DNA of 64,000 nucleotides, taken from assembly GCA_965277895.1 (NCBI GenBank), contig CBDIDR010000001.1, positions 448,074-512,073 of the forward strand, in the 5' to 3' direction. The position numbers were made by a program, and so were the translations under genes. Positions 28,839 to 40,100 of this stretch are shown here, piece by piece. This DNA is from Flavobacteriales bacterium. GTDB taxonomy: Bacteria > Bacteroidota > Bacteroidia > Flavobacteriales > UBA7312. Each line of letters opens with the position of its first letter. Within the stretch, counting starts at the first letter, position 1. The notes under the pieces were generated by a model. It saw only the letters and a program-made list of their open reading frames with translations, did no database searches and was not told the DNA's origin.

Positions 28839-29891
28839 ATGGATCCCAACGCATATAAGAAAGGTTTAAAAAATAAACTGAGTAAGGAGCAGGCTTTGGA
28901 AAAGTTAAACAACGAGACATTTTTCCGAAAAACAGTTTCCTTATATAGGTATGTTATTTTAGAAAACCCCGAAAAATTTAGAGACGATTTATTTGAAGAT
29001 TGGATTGAAATTAATTGCTTTGGTCGTATTTATGTAGCTCGTGAAGGAATCAATGCTCAAATGAGTGTACCAGAGCATCATTGGGACGCCTTCATAAAGA
29101 TACTAAATAAGTATGATGAGCTTAAAGACATTCCCTTAAAAATTGCTGTTGAAGACGATGGAAAATCGTTTTTTAAGCTTATGATTAAAGTTAGAGAACA
29201 GATTGTAGCAGATGGTCTTCCTGTAGATGAATACGATGTTACTAATGTAGGGAAACACCTCAATGCTAGAGAATGGAACGAGGCTTTGGAGCAAGGGGCT
29301 ATCGTTGTAGATATGCGTAACCATTACGAAAGCGAGATTGGTCATTTTGAAAATGCTATTTGTCCTCAATCAGAAACGTTTAGAGACGAACTTCCTGAAG
29401 TAAAAGATATGCTTAAAGGAAAAGAGGACAAAAAAGTATTATTGTATTGTACTGGAGGGATTCGTTGCGAAAAAACATCTGCTTATTTAAAACATCATGG
29501 TTTTGAAGATGTCAATCAATTGCATGGTGGTATAATAGATTATGCCAGACAATTGAATGAAAATAAAGAATTGCCGAATAAGTTTAAAGGCAAAAACTTC
29601 GTTTTTGATGAGCGTTTGGCAGAACGTATTGGCAATGAAGTTATTAGTCAGTGCCATCAGTGTGGTACAGCATCTGATACTCATGTGAATTGCAAAAACA
29701 TAAATTGTAATTTATTATTTATTCAATGTGATGATTGTCAAGAAAAGCATGAAAAATGCTGTTCTTCCGACTGTTTAGAAGTGTCTAAATTGCCATTGGA
29801 AGAACAAAAGAAACTCAGAAAAGGCGAGGAAAATAAAGAGCGATTTCATAGCCATCGAAAGGTTGATTTATCAAAGGCTTTTGATGATTAA
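28839..29891 (+). CDS. trhO: Rhodanese-domain protein of the UPF0176/TrhO family (tRNA uridine-34 hydroxylase)
   Basis: 350 aa. Rhodanese active-site loop [10 protein letters not shown] and a Cys-rich C-terminal extension. Confidence 0.8.
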   Translation: MDPNAYKKGLKNKLSKEQALEKLNNETFFRKTVSLYRYVILENPEKFRDDLFEDWIEINCFGRIYVAREGINAQMSVPEHHWDAFIKILNKYDELKDIPLKIAVEDDGKSFFKLMIKVREQIVADGLPVDEYDVTNVGKHLNAREWNEALEQGAIVVDMRNHYESEIGHFENAICPQSETFRDELPEVKDMLKGKEDKKVLLYCTGGIRCEKTSAYLKHHGFEDVNQLHGGIIDYARQLNENKELPNKFKGKNFVFDERLAERIGNEVISQCHQCGTASDTHVNCKNINCNLLFIQCDDCQEKHEKCCSSDCLEVSKLPLEEQKKLRKGEENKERFHSHRKVDLSKAFDD

Positions 29892-29925
29892 ATATTTTTT
29901 AACTTACTAACAAAAATTATAAGGT

Positions 29926-31086
29926 ATGCCATTTTATCACAAATTGGGAAAAATCCCTCACAAAAGACACACGGTTTTTTCAAAACCAGATGGTGGAATG
30001 TATTATGAACAATTGTTCGGCACCGTTGGTTTTGACGGTATGTCTTCTTTACTGTACCACACTCATCGTCCAACAATGGTGAAGGACATTAAAGGAGCTA
30101 AAGACATTACTCCAAAAGTTGCAGTAGAAAAAAACCTCAAGTCAATCAGTTTAAAAGGCTTTTCTGTAAAGCCTACGGATGACTACTTAGATAGCAGAGT
30201 AGCGGTGTTAATCAATAATGATTGCCACATTTCATTAGCAGCACCAAAGCAATCTATGTCGGATTATTTTTACAAAAATGCCGATTGCGATGAAATGATT
30301 TTTGTCCATAAAGGAACAGGAACGCTTAGAACCATCGTAGGAAATTTGAAATTTGGACCTGGCGATTACCTTATGATTCCAAGAGGAATGATTTACGCCT
30401 TCACATTTGATAATGAAGACAACCGTTTGTTCATTGTAGAATCTACGAGTCCGATGTATACGCCAAAACGTTATAGAAATTGGTTTGGTCAGTTGTTAGA
30501 ACATTCGCCGTTTTGTGAGCGTGATTTACGTCAGCCTGATGAATTAGAAACGCACGATGAGTTGGGCGATTTTACAATGATGATAAAGAAAGAAGGAATG
30601 TTGCACGAATATGTTTACGCTTCCCATCCTTTTGATGTTATTGGCTGGGATGGGTATAACTATCCTTACGCTTTTTCAATTCATGATTTTGAGCCTATTA
30701 CTGGTCGAGTACATTTGCCACCTCCAATCCATCAAACCTTTGAGGCTGCAGGCTTTGTAGTATGTTCGTTCTGTCCTCGATTGTACGACTATCACCCAGA
30801 AGCAATACCAGCACCTTACAACCATTCCAATATAGATTCTGATGAGGTGTTATATTATGTAGATGGAGACTTTATGAGCAGAAATCATATTGAGCAAGGT
30901 CAAATTACACTTCACCCTGCAGGAATACCACATGGCCCTCACCCTGGAGCTGCCGAGCGAAGTATTGGTCAGAAAGAAACAGAGGAACTAGCCGTAATGG
31001 TGGATACCTTTAAGCCCTTAAAAGTAACTCAAGCAGCAATGGATTTAATCGATGGCGATTACCATAAATCTTGGTTGGATAAATAA
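29926..31086 (+). CDS. hmgA: Homogentisate 1,2-dioxygenase
   Basis: 386 aa. MPFYHKLGKIPHKRHT start and a cupin core with HPAGIPHGPHPG. Adjacent to hppD. Confidence 0.9.
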   Translation: MPFYHKLGKIPHKRHTVFSKPDGGMYYEQLFGTVGFDGMSSLLYHTHRPTMVKDIKGAKDITPKVAVEKNLKSISLKGFSVKPTDDYLDSRVAVLINNDCHISLAAPKQSMSDYFYKNADCDEMIFVHKGTGTLRTIVGNLKFGPGDYLMIPRGMIYAFTFDNEDNRLFIVESTSPMYTPKRYRNWFGQLLEHSPFCERDLRQPDELETHDELGDFTMMIKKEGMLHEYVYASHPFDVIGWDGYNYPYAFSIHDFEPITGRVHLPPPIHQTFEAAGFVVCSFCPRLYDYHPEAIPAPYNHSNIDSDEVLYYVDGDFMSRNHIEQGQITLHPAGIPHGPHPGAAERSIGQKETEELAVMVDTFKPLKVTQAAMDLIDGDYHKSWLDK

Positions 31087-31104
31087 TCTTAAAACTTACT
31101 AACT

Positions 31105-32268
31105 ATGTCAGCAGAAATTAAAAATTTAAAAAACCTTCAAAATACCGAATACGGTTTGAAGAAGTTATTTGATGAGGCAGAAGATTTTTTGCCCTTATTA
31201 GGAACGGACTATGTCGAATTATTTGTGGGTAATGCAAAGCAGTCGGCACACTATTACAAAACAGCATTTGGCTTTCAGTCGGAGGCTTATGCTGGTCTTG
31301 AAACTGGTGTAAAAGACCGAGTGTCATATGTGTTAAAGCAAGATAAAATTCGATTAGTATTGACTACACCCCTTAATGAGGGAGGTGTTATAAACGAGCA
31401 TATCAATAAGCATGGTGATGGAGTAAAAGTAGTTGCTTTGTGGGTTGAGGATGCTACCAAAGCTTGGGAAGAAACTACTAAAAGAGGTGCTAAATCGTTT
31501 ATGGAACCTACTGTAGAAGAAGATGATTTCGGTAAAGTAGTTCGTTCAGGAATATATACCTATGGTGAAACAGTTCATATTTTTGTAGAAAGAAATGCTT
31601 ATGATGGGCCATTTTTACCAGGTTATAAAAAATGGGAAAGCCACTATAATCCAGCACCAACAGGCCTAAAATTTATTGACCACATGGTTGGCAATGTAGA
31701 TTGGGATGAGATGAATACTTGGTGTGAGTTTTATGCTAAAGTCATGGGTTTTGCTCAAATCATTTCCTTCGATGATAATGATATTTCTACAGATTATACA
31801 GCCCTCATGTCTAAGGTTATGAGTAATGGTAATGGACGAATTAAGTTCCCTATCAATGAGCCTGCAGAGGGTAAGAAAAAATCTCAAATTGAAGAATATA
31901 TAGATTTCTACAATGGGCCTGGTGTACAGCATATTGCTGTAGCTACAGATGATATTGTGTCTACCGTTTCAGCTATGCGAGATAGAGGGGTAGAATTCCT
32001 TTATGTTCCTGAAAACTACTACGATGATTTATTGGAAAGGGTAGGTAATATCGATGAAGATGTTGAGGTACTAAAAAAGCACGGTATCTTAATTGATAGA
32101 GACGATGAAGGATACCTTTTACAGCTTTTCACTAAGCCAGTGGTGGATAGACCAACTATGTTTTTCGAAATCATACAACGAAAGGGGGCACAGTCTTTTG
32201 GAAAAGGAAATTTCAAAGCATTGTTTGAAGCAATTGAAAGAGAACAAGGCAATAGAGGAACTCTATAA
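31105..32268 (+). CDS. hppD: 4-hydroxyphenylpyruvate dioxygenase
   Basis: 387 aa. Two VOC-fold halves, GVQHIA block and a C-terminal FFEIIQRKG...GNFKALFEAIEREQ signature. Confidence 0.9.
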   Translation: MSAEIKNLKNLQNTEYGLKKLFDEAEDFLPLLGTDYVELFVGNAKQSAHYYKTAFGFQSEAYAGLETGVKDRVSYVLKQDKIRLVLTTPLNEGGVINEHINKHGDGVKVVALWVEDATKAWEETTKRGAKSFMEPTVEEDDFGKVVRSGIYTYGETVHIFVERNAYDGPFLPGYKKWESHYNPAPTGLKFIDHMVGNVDWDEMNTWCEFYAKVMGFAQIISFDDNDISTDYTALMSKVMSNGNGRIKFPINEPAEGKKKSQIEEYIDFYNGPGVQHIAVATDDIVSTVSAMRDRGVEFLYVPENYYDDLLERVGNIDEDVEVLKKHGILIDRDDEGYLLQLFTKPVVDRPTMFFEIIQRKGAQSFGKGNFKALFEAIEREQGNRGTL

Positions 32269-32287
32269 ATTCTCACAACATTGAATT

Positions 32288-32319
32288 AAAAGCACCTTAT
32301 TTTTGAGGTGCTTTTTTTA
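32288..32319. terminator. Bidirectional Rho-independent terminator between hppD and aspS
   Basis: AAAAGCACCT-TATTTTTG-AGGTGCTTTTTTT. The perfect 7-bp stem (32291..32297 with 32306..32312) is flanked by an A-run and a T-run. Confidence 0.7.
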
Positions 32320-32336
32320 TGCTCAATAATTAGATG

Positions 32337-34079
32337 TTATTTTAGCTTAATGTTCAACTCGTCGAGTTGTGCATTATCAATTATTGATGGAGCATCAATC
32401 ATAACGTCACGTCCTGAGTTGTTTTTTGGGAAAGCGATAAAGTCTCGTATGCTTTCTTGCCCGCCAAACAATGAGCATAGACGGTCAAAACCAAACGCAA
32501 TACCTCCATGAGGTGGTGCTCCGTATTCAAAGGCGTTCATTAAAAACCCAAACTGGTCTTTGGCTTCTTCTTCAGTAAAGCCCAAATGTTGGAACATTAA
32601 TCGTTGCAATTCTTTGTCGTGAATACGAATAGAACCACCACCTAATTCTGTACCATTCATAACCAAGTCATAAGCGTTTGCTCTTACCGCCGCAGGATCA
32701 CTTTCTAACTTATCAATATCGTGTGGTTTAGGTGATGTAAACGGGTGGTGCATAGCATGGTAGCGTTCTGTTTCTTCATCCCATTCCAAAAGAGGAAAAT
32801 CTACAACCCATAGTGGTGCAAAATCATTGGGATTTCTAAGTCCTAATTTTTCAGCCACTTCCAAACGAAGCTCGTTCATTTGTTTACGTACCTTATTCGT
32901 GTCTCCAGATAAAAGGAACATCAAGTCGCCAGGCTTAGCGTCCATTTTTTCTGCCCATTTAGCTAAGTCTTCTTGACTGAAAAACTTATCAACTGATGAT
33001 TTAAATGTGCCATCGGTATTATACTTACAATAAATAAGACCCTTTGCACCGATTTGAGGTCGCTTCACATAATCCGTCAGTGCGTCAAGTTGTTTTCTTG
33101 TCCATTCGGCACAACCCTCTGCACAAATGCCAACAACTAATTCAGCACTATCGAATACTACAAAATTATTCTGTTGAGTAACTTCATTCATAGTATTGAA
33201 AGTCATATCAAAACGAATGTCCGGCTTATCAGAGCCATACTTTTCCATGGCCTCGTCATAGGTCATTCTAGGGAATTTTTCTAATTCTACGCCCTTAATC
33301 TCTTTCAATAAATGACGCGTTAAACCTTCGAACATAGTTAAGATATCTTCTTGCTCTATGAAAGACATTTCGCAGTCAATTTGTGTAAATTCAGGTTGCC
33401 TGTCGGCTCTTAAGTCTTCGTCTCTAAAGCATTTTACTATCTGGTAATATTTGTCAATACCACCAACCATAAGTAATTGCTTAAAGGTTTGCGGCGACTG
33501 TGGTAGGGCATAAAACTGACCTTCGTTCATTCGTGAAGGGACAATAAAATCTCTTGCTCCTTCCGGAGTTGATTTAATGAGGTAGGGTGTTTCTACTTCG
33601 ATAAATTCTTGAGCATCGAGGTATTTTCTGCTTTCCGTAGAAAGGCGATGCCTTAATACTAAGTTATCTCTTACTGGATTTCTTCTGATGTCCAAATAAC
33701 GGTATTGCATACGCAAATCGTCACCACCATCTGTTTCATCTTCAATGGTAAATGGAGGTGTTTTGGCACTATTTAGCACATTCAATTCGTGCACTTCTAT
33801 TTCTATTTTTCCAGTAGGTATATTATTATTTATACTAGATCGTTCTATCACTTTTCCAACAGCTTGTACTACAAATTCACGACCTAATTTTCTGGCTTTT
33901 AGACATAAGTCAGCATCGGTATCCATATTGAAAGCTAATTGAGTAATACCGTATCTATCTCTCAAATCGACAAAGGTCATCCCGCCTAAATCTCTTGTTT
34001 TTTGTACCCAGCCGCTGAGGGTTACTTCCTCTCCAATATTTGTGTGACGTAAGTTGCCACAGTGATGTGTTCGTAACAT
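32337..34079 (-). CDS. aspS: Aspartate--tRNA ligase
   Basis: 580 aa. OB-fold N-terminus ([10 protein letters not shown]), class II motifs ([33 protein letters not shown]). Confidence 0.95.
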   Translation of the reverse strand: MLRTHHCGNLRHTNIGEEVTLSGWVQKTRDLGGMTFVDLRDRYGITQLAFNMDTDADLCLKARKLGREFVVQAVGKVIERSSINNNIPTGKIEIEVHELNVLNSAKTPPFTIEDETDGGDDLRMQYRYLDIRRNPVRDNLVLRHRLSTESRKYLDAQEFIEVETPYLIKSTPEGARDFIVPSRMNEGQFYALPQSPQTFKQLLMVGGIDKYYQIVKCFRDEDLRADRQPEFTQIDCEMSFIEQEDILTMFEGLTRHLLKEIKGVELEKFPRMTYDEAMEKYGSDKPDIRFDMTFNTMNEVTQQNNFVVFDSAELVVGICAEGCAEWTRKQLDALTDYVKRPQIGAKGLIYCKYNTDGTFKSSVDKFFSQEDLAKWAEKMDAKPGDLMFLLSGDTNKVRKQMNELRLEVAEKLGLRNPNDFAPLWVVDFPLLEWDEETERYHAMHHPFTSPKPHDIDKLESDPAAVRANAYDLVMNGTELGGGSIRIHDKELQRLMFQHLGFTEEEAKDQFGFLMNAFEYGAPPHGGIAFGFDRLCSLFGGQESIRDFIAFPKNNSGRDVMIDAPSIIDNAQLDELNIKLK

Positions 34080-34160
34080 GATAGTTGACTTATTAATAGA
34101 TTGTAAAATTACGACTTATTTAACTTCTATCAGATTTTTGAAATGTTTTATTAAAAACTC

Positions 34161-34168
34161 TACTTTTG
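34161..34168 (+). promoter_or_regulatory. -7 promoter box (TAnnTTTG) for tadA
   Basis: TACTTTTG ends 4 nt before ATG 34173 and 34 nt before ATG 34203. Confidence 0.35.
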
Positions 34169-34172
34169 CTAG

Positions 34173-34625
34173 ATGTTACAAGACCATTCTGACGATTATT
34201 TTATGAAAAAGGCTTTAGAGGAAGCCAAAAAAGCAAGGGACTTAGATGAAGTTCCTGTTGGTGCTATTGTGGTATGCGACAATCAAATCATTGCTAGAGC
34301 TCACAATTTTACGGAACGTTTAAATGATGTGACTGCACATGCTGAAATGCAGGCCTTTACGGCTGCTGCTGACCATTTAGGGGGTAAATATTTGAATGAA
34401 TGCACACTTTATGTAACTCTTGAACCTTGTGTGATGTGTGCAGGGGCGTCATATTGGACTCAGCTCAAAAAGGTTGTGTACGGAGCGAGAGATGAAAAAA
34501 GAGGCTTTCAGACTATGGCGGCTAATGTCTTGCATCCCAAAACTGAATTAGTGGGAGGTATTATGGCAGAAGAGTGTGGAGAAATAATTACAGATTTCTT
34601 TGCTAGTAAACGTCAACTGAAGTAA
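34173..34625 (+). CDS. tadA: tRNA-specific adenosine deaminase
   Basis: 150 aa. HAEMQA and PCVMCAGA zinc motifs. The true start may be ATG 34203 (MKKALEEAKKA...), because the promoter box sits almost on top of ATG 34173. Confidence 0.9.
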   Translation: MLQDHSDDYFMKKALEEAKKARDLDEVPVGAIVVCDNQIIARAHNFTERLNDVTAHAEMQAFTAAADHLGGKYLNECTLYVTLEPCVMCAGASYWTQLKKVVYGARDEKRGFQTMAANVLHPKTELVGGIMAEECGEIITDFFASKRQLK

Positions 34626-34630
34626 TTTTG
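34623..34630 (+). promoter_or_regulatory. -7 promoter box (TAnnTTTG) for the bacilliredoxin gene, overlapping the tadA stop codon
   Basis: TAATTTTG, whose first three bases are the tadA TAA. 21 nt before ATG 34652. Confidence 0.35.
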
Positions 34631-34651
34631 TACCACAAAAAAAATAAGATT

Positions 34652-35065
34652 ATGTATCCAGAAGAAATTTGTACCCCTATGCGACTTGACCTTACTGAGG
34701 CGGGTTTTGAAGAAATGAAAACTGCTGAAGCTGTTTCAGCTGTTTTAGATGAAAAAGAAGGTACTGTTTTAGTTATGATAAATTCAGTATGTGGTTGTGC
34801 GGCAGGTAATGCTAGACCAGCTGTAAAGATGGCTGCTAAGCATACTAAAGTCCCAACAAAACTGACTACAGTATTTGCCGGACAAGATAAAGAGGCTGTA
34901 GCAAAAGTGAGAGATTATTGTTTGCCGTACCCTCCATCATCTCCATCAATTGCTTTATTTAAGGGTGGAGAGTTAGTTCACTTTATAGAAAGACATCATA
35001 TTGAAGGCAGACCGGCTGAAATGATTGCTGAGAATTTAATGCAGGCTTTCGACGAAAACTGCTAA
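34652..35065 (+). CDS. Bacilliredoxin (BrxA/BrxB, YphP/YqiW, DUF1094 family)
   Basis: Start moved to ATG 34652 (the track start at 34628 is TTG). Blocks INSVCGCAAGNARPA, TVFAGQDKEA, PSSPSIALFKG, IEGR and AFDENC match the CGC-type bacilliredoxins. Confidence 0.75.
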   Translation: MYPEEICTPMRLDLTEAGFEEMKTAEAVSAVLDEKEGTVLVMINSVCGCAAGNARPAVKMAAKHTKVPTKLTTVFAGQDKEAVAKVRDYCLPYPPSSPSIALFKGGELVHFIERHHIEGRPAEMIAENLMQAFDENC

Positions 35066-35068
35066 GAT

Positions 35069-35359
35069 TTACTTTTTTAATACAGTAGGCACTTTGAAAT
35101 AATCCGAATCTTTGGACGGAGCATTTTTGAGTGCCTTTTCTTTGGGCAAATGTTCACTAATTTCATCTTCCCTAAGTTTATTTGTTTCTTTATTTAGGTA
35201 GATAAGGGGTTCAATATTTTCGGTATCAACTTCGTTGAGCTTATCGACAAACGCTAATATCTTATTAAGGTCATCTTCCATTTTAGCTTTTGTGTCAGAA
35301 TTAAATTCTAATTGGCTAAGTCTGGCAAGTTTATCAATGAGTGTTTGGTCTATTTTCAT
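35069..35359 (-). CDS. gatC: Asp/Glu-tRNA amidotransferase subunit C
   Basis: 96 aa. LARLSQLEF...L..IL.FVD.L..VDT pattern typical of GatC. Confidence 0.85.
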   Translation of the reverse strand: MKIDQTLIDKLARLSQLEFNSDTKAKMEDDLNKILAFVDKLNEVDTENIEPLIYLNKETNKLREDEISEHLPKEKALKNAPSKDSDYFKVPTVLKK

Positions 35360-36080
35360 ATCGAATTAGTTCTTGTTCTATGGTGTTAAACACTTTTTCT
35401 TTTAGTTCCTGAATGCTCATGCTTGAACAATTTTCAATGGGTTTGTGTATGGTTACCCTTGCCAACATAGGCTTTCCTTCAGTAAAACGTTCTGGAAATA
35501 TGTTCTTATTGTCTGCAAAGGTAATAGGAATTACGCAAACATTTTGCTCTACGGCCAATCGAAATGGGCCATTTTTAAATTTAGCCAAACGCCTTTCGTC
35601 TTTAACGATTCCACCTTCTGGATAGATGACCATGTTTTGACCGTCCTTTATTTTTTGACCAGCTTCCTCAAATGCTTGATACGAATTCCTGAGGCTTGCT
35701 CGATTAACCAATACGTTAAATCGTTTGTAATAAAAACCAAATATAGGCAGTTTTACTAGTGATTCTTTTCCAATAAAAGCAATAGGTTTTTTGCTGATGA
35801 AAAACATCATTGGTATATCAAGTGTAGAGCCATGATTACTAAATAGAAGATATTGTTTTTTTGGATCTAGCTTATGTTCTTTTTTTATAATGGGTATAAT
35901 GCCGCTAGCATACATCATAAGTTTGCTTATACGGTGCAGAAAGAAATACAATGCAGGGTAAAATTTAGGACTAAACGTCATAAAAATTGTAATAGGTAAC
36001 AGTAGGAGAAAAGGGATGGCGAAGGTTAGCAAGAACCAAAATCGCCATAATAGACTAAGCGCTGATTGTAAAATTTTCAT
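35334..36080 (-). CDS. plsC: 1-acyl-sn-glycerol-3-phosphate acyltransferase
   Basis: 248 aa. N-terminal TM anchor, HX4D motif (NHGSTLD) and a PEGG block (IYPEGGI). Confidence 0.8.
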   Translation of the reverse strand: MKILQSALSLLWRFWFLLTFAIPFLLLLPITIFMTFSPKFYPALYFFLHRISKLMMYASGIIPIIKKEHKLDPKKQYLLFSNHGSTLDIPMMFFISKKPIAFIGKESLVKLPIFGFYYKRFNVLVNRASLRNSYQAFEEAGQKIKDGQNMVIYPEGGIVKDERRLAKFKNGPFRLAVEQNVCVIPITFADNKNIFPERFTEGKPMLARVTIHKPIENCSSMSIQELKEKVFNTIEQELIRYENRPNTH

Positions 36081-36088
36081 TTATCAAA

Positions 36089-36096
36089 CAAAAATA
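36089..36096 (-). promoter_or_regulatory. -7 promoter box (TAnnTTTG) for plsC
   Basis: Minus strand reads TATTTTTG, with 8 nt before ATG 36080. Confidence 0.3.
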
Positions 36097-36152
36097 GCTA
36101 ATTCGTCGACTTTTCTAAAGCAATTGTTATTTTTACAGTTCAAAATTGACTT

Positions 36153-37121
36153 ATGGCAAGAGTTTTAACAGGTATTCAAAGTACAGGTGTTCCGCATCTT
36201 GGAAATATTTTAGGAGCTATAGTTCCAGCTATTAAGCTCTCTCAAAATCCAGCTAATGAAAGCCTGTTGTTTATTGCGGATTTACACTCTCTAACTACTG
36301 TTAGAGATGCTGAAACCTTACGCCATAACACCTATGCTACAGCAGCCACTTGGTTAGCATTTGGCTTCGATACTTCTGCCAATCTTTTTTATAGACAATC
36401 GGACGTTACTGAAGTGTGTGAGTTAACGTGGTATTTGAATTGCTTTACACCATTTCCAATGCTGGCAAATGCCCACTCTTTTAAAGATAAGTCAAACCGC
36501 TTATCTGATGTTAATTCAGGCTTATTTACTTACCCTGTGCTTATGGCGGCTGACATTTTATTATACGATGCTGAAATAGTACCAGTAGGAAAAGATCAAC
36601 AACAACACCTTGAAATGACACGCGATATAGCAGGATCTTTTAACCATGCTTATGGCGATACTCTAGTTTTACCTGATGCTCAAATTGATAAAAGGGTGAT
36701 GACAATTCCCGGTACTGACGGACAAAAGATGAGTAAGTCGTATAACAACTTCATTGATATCTTTTTGCCTGAAAAGAAACTGAGAAAGCAAATAATGGGA
36801 ATTGTTACTGATAGTACACCACTAGAAGAGCCTAAAGATTGGTCGACTTGCAATGTATTTAAGCTCTATCAGCTATTGGGTTCAGAATCACAGATTTCTG
36901 ACTTAAAAGCTCAATATGAAGGCGGAAATTTTGGTTATGGACATGCTAAGCAAGCCTTATTCGAACTCATTTTAGAGCATTTTTCAAATGAAAGAGAACG
37001 CTTTGATTATCTGATGGAAAATACGGATGAAATAGAGGCAGAATTATTGAAAGGCGCTGAAAAAGCTAGAGTCATTGCCCAATCGGTACTCCAACGTGTT
37101 AGAAAAAAAGTAGGGTATTAA
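36153..37121 (+). CDS. trpS: Tryptophan--tRNA ligase
   Basis: 322 aa. GIQSTGVPHLGN (HIGH-type) and KMSKS motifs. Confidence 0.95.
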   Translation: MARVLTGIQSTGVPHLGNILGAIVPAIKLSQNPANESLLFIADLHSLTTVRDAETLRHNTYATAATWLAFGFDTSANLFYRQSDVTEVCELTWYLNCFTPFPMLANAHSFKDKSNRLSDVNSGLFTYPVLMAADILLYDAEIVPVGKDQQQHLEMTRDIAGSFNHAYGDTLVLPDAQIDKRVMTIPGTDGQKMSKSYNNFIDIFLPEKKLRKQIMGIVTDSTPLEEPKDWSTCNVFKLYQLLGSESQISDLKAQYEGGNFGYGHAKQALFELILEHFSNERERFDYLMENTDEIEAELLKGAEKARVIAQSVLQRVRKKVGY

Positions 37122-37149
37122 AAAACGGAACCTGTCAATATGGTTCCGT
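37120..37149 (-). terminator. Rho-independent terminator of the 1806-aa gene
   Basis: Perfect 8-bp stem ACGGAACC / GGTTCCGT (37125..37132 with 37142..37149) and a 9-nt loop. On the minus strand it is followed by a T-run, the complement of the A-run at 37120..37124, which overlaps the trpS stop codon. There is no T-run on the + strand. Confidence 0.6.
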
Positions 37150-37178
37150 CCCTTAATGCGTGTTTAGACATTTTCTTT

Positions 37179-40100
37179 TTACTGAATTACAACTCTTTTA
37201 TTTATTAAACCAGTGTTAGTTTTAATAGTTAATAGATAGATACCATCAGCATTTGAGCTAATATCAATAGATTTTTTAAACATATCCTCCTGATGGTTGA
37301 ATTGTTCTGAATAGACCTCTTTGCCTAGATAGTTTGATATAGTAATATCAATTGTGTTATTTCTCGGCACCTCAAAACTAACATTAAAGATACCTCTAGA
37401 AGGGTTTGGCGAAAGTTCAACTTTGGTGAGCTCTTTGTCTTCTAGTCTTGCTCCACCTAATATGTAATATTCTGTATCAGAAAATGATGTTGCCCATGAA
37501 GTTCCGTTAGTTCCACATGCACCTCTTATTTTCCAAGCAAATACATCTCCTATATTTTGGTTGTATTTTGCTTTTGAGGTTGCAGTACCAGGGATATTAT
37601 TCCACTGAAATTCCTGACCTGTTGTAGTATTGGTCAATTCAAGGAAATAATGGTCCGGTGCGCCACTTTCTGGTGTGTCCCATGACATAATAACGGCTGT
37701 ATTAGCACCATTCGAACTTGTTGTTAGGTTTGTAGGCATTTTATCGCATGGGTCTTCAGTGCTGAAAGGTGAAAAGTCTCCCCATCCGGAATGATACATA
37801 GGGTCAGGAGCACCATTTTGATTAAGGTTACCAGTACACCATGCCTTTGTATGCCATTCATAATCCGTGCTAGCGGTAAAGTTCCCTTTCAAACCATTTA
37901 TATCACCATTTGAGTTGCCATTAACATAACGGTATTCGTTTGTACCTATTTCTCGCATTTTCCCTTTGGATTGCCATACTCCCCAAGAAGCATCAGGTGC
38001 ATCAGCAAAGAATGTAACCCAATTGGCTTCTGTTGATACCGATAAATTTTCAAGGTTAGCACAAGCTGGTAAAGTAGTGTATTGTGAGTTAGCAGACCAA
38101 GGCGACTGACAGTTAGTTGTTCCATCACTATTTAGTAATCGAGCTCTCATAGACCACTCATAGGTTGTGGAGGGCTCCATAAAGAATCGAGTTCTTGAAG
38201 TACCATTAAATGCGGCTGGTGTTTGTGGACCAGCAGTAATTACGGTCCATTGGGTAGTCCCCACAGGACGATATCGAATCATATAATGTGAAGGTGATAC
38301 GCTAGGTGCTGACCAATTGAAGGAAATTCTGTTGTGAATAATATTATCAACGAATAATCCTGTTGGCGTAAAGTCACAAGCATCTTGATTAGAATAAATA
38401 CAAGAGCCGTCATCACTCGTTGCTTCACTATTAAAGTTTAATGCAGTTGGGTCGGTACAACCGTCTATACTTTCTGCAGTTAAGAATAGAACTTCAGAAA
38501 CGGAGCAGCCTTGTTCGTCAATAACATAAATAGAATTATTTCCATAACAAGAATTGAAATTGTAGTTTGATGACAGTTCCACATCGTTTACGTAAATACT
38601 AAAGTCGTATTCAGAGTTGTTTACAATTACACCTATTATTCCATCACAGGATGTTGAGTTTGTTGGGTAATCAATGATATAGTCTAGCTCTAAATAACAC
38701 TCTATACATGAGCCATCATCTTCAGTGGCTAATGGGTCATAATTTGGGGAAGAATTGCTTGTACAGCCAAATACTTCTAGTTCATCACATATACCGTCAA
38801 AATCTGAATCGCTAATACAATTGAAATCGCAGTCGTAATATGTTATTGGATAGATACAGGAGTTATCTTGCTGATTGGCAAGTGAGTTGTAATTACAAGC
38901 CTCTTCATCCATACACCCCATAAGATAAGGCCCTACAAAAATGGTTACGGTTTGTGAGCATTGACCGTTAGGGTCTGATATTTCAAAAGTATTATTCCCA
39001 CCACATAAGTAGCTAAAGCTTGAGGATGGAGAGCCGTTCCAACTGTAGTTATAGGACGAAAGGCTTTCCGTTACATCGACAATTACTAAACCATCGCAGT
39101 TTTCAGGGTCAGATGCCTCGTTGATAGTTAATATATATTCAAAGCTTAGCTCTGAAAAACTAGTCCAAGGGTCAATGTTATCGTTTTCTACGGTCCAATT
39201 AATTGAAGCATATTCAACATCATCTACTAGAATACAATTTAGTTCAGTATTATTTTGAGAGGACAAGACTAAATTAGTGTTATTGCCATTTTGAATATTT
39301 AGGTAGTCAACATTTGAGTTTTGAATAGTTAAGTACTCTAAGTTGGAATTAGAGCTTAAATTGATAGAGTCTATTGGTAGATTTTGAAGAACTACATAAT
39401 TTAAAATTTCAAAGTCTTCAATACCCGTCAAATCAAAGATATCTAAATTTGAAATAAACAATTGGGTTATGTTCTGAGCGGTATAAGTGCTCATGTAATT
39501 ATCCATAACATTATCAAAACCAAGTTCGATTAGATATTGTTCAAAAGCATCGTCTGGGATATAAGTTAAGCCATTAAAACAGCCTTGATTTACAAGCGTA
39601 TATATAGTTTCATCATAATCAGTATTATCATAGTTGGGAGCTGTTTCATCAAAACAACTTGCTATAATATTTTCTTGCTCACAGTTTACACTAAAAAACT
39701 TGTCATCTGATAGATAGAAATTAGCTTGACTATTTGCCCATACGGTATCATGAGTTGTTACACAAAATAGGTTAGGGTTACCACCATTTAGCCACAATTC
39801 ATTTAAGCTTACATTTTGACTAATATCTAATTCATTGAGATTATTGAACCTACAACTTAGGTAGTTTAGAAATGGACAATTTGTTAAGTCAAGCTCTTCA
39901 AGATTATTAAACTTGCAATATAGAGATGTTAACATGGAATTTTGAGAAACATCTAGAGTTGTTAAATTATTAAAATATACATTCAAATAGTTCAAGCTTG
40001 TATTTTGAGAAAGATCAATAGAACTTAGATTATTTTGTCCAACTTCTAAATATGAAAGTTGAGTATTCTGCGTGACATCTAATGAAGAAAGATTATTTTC

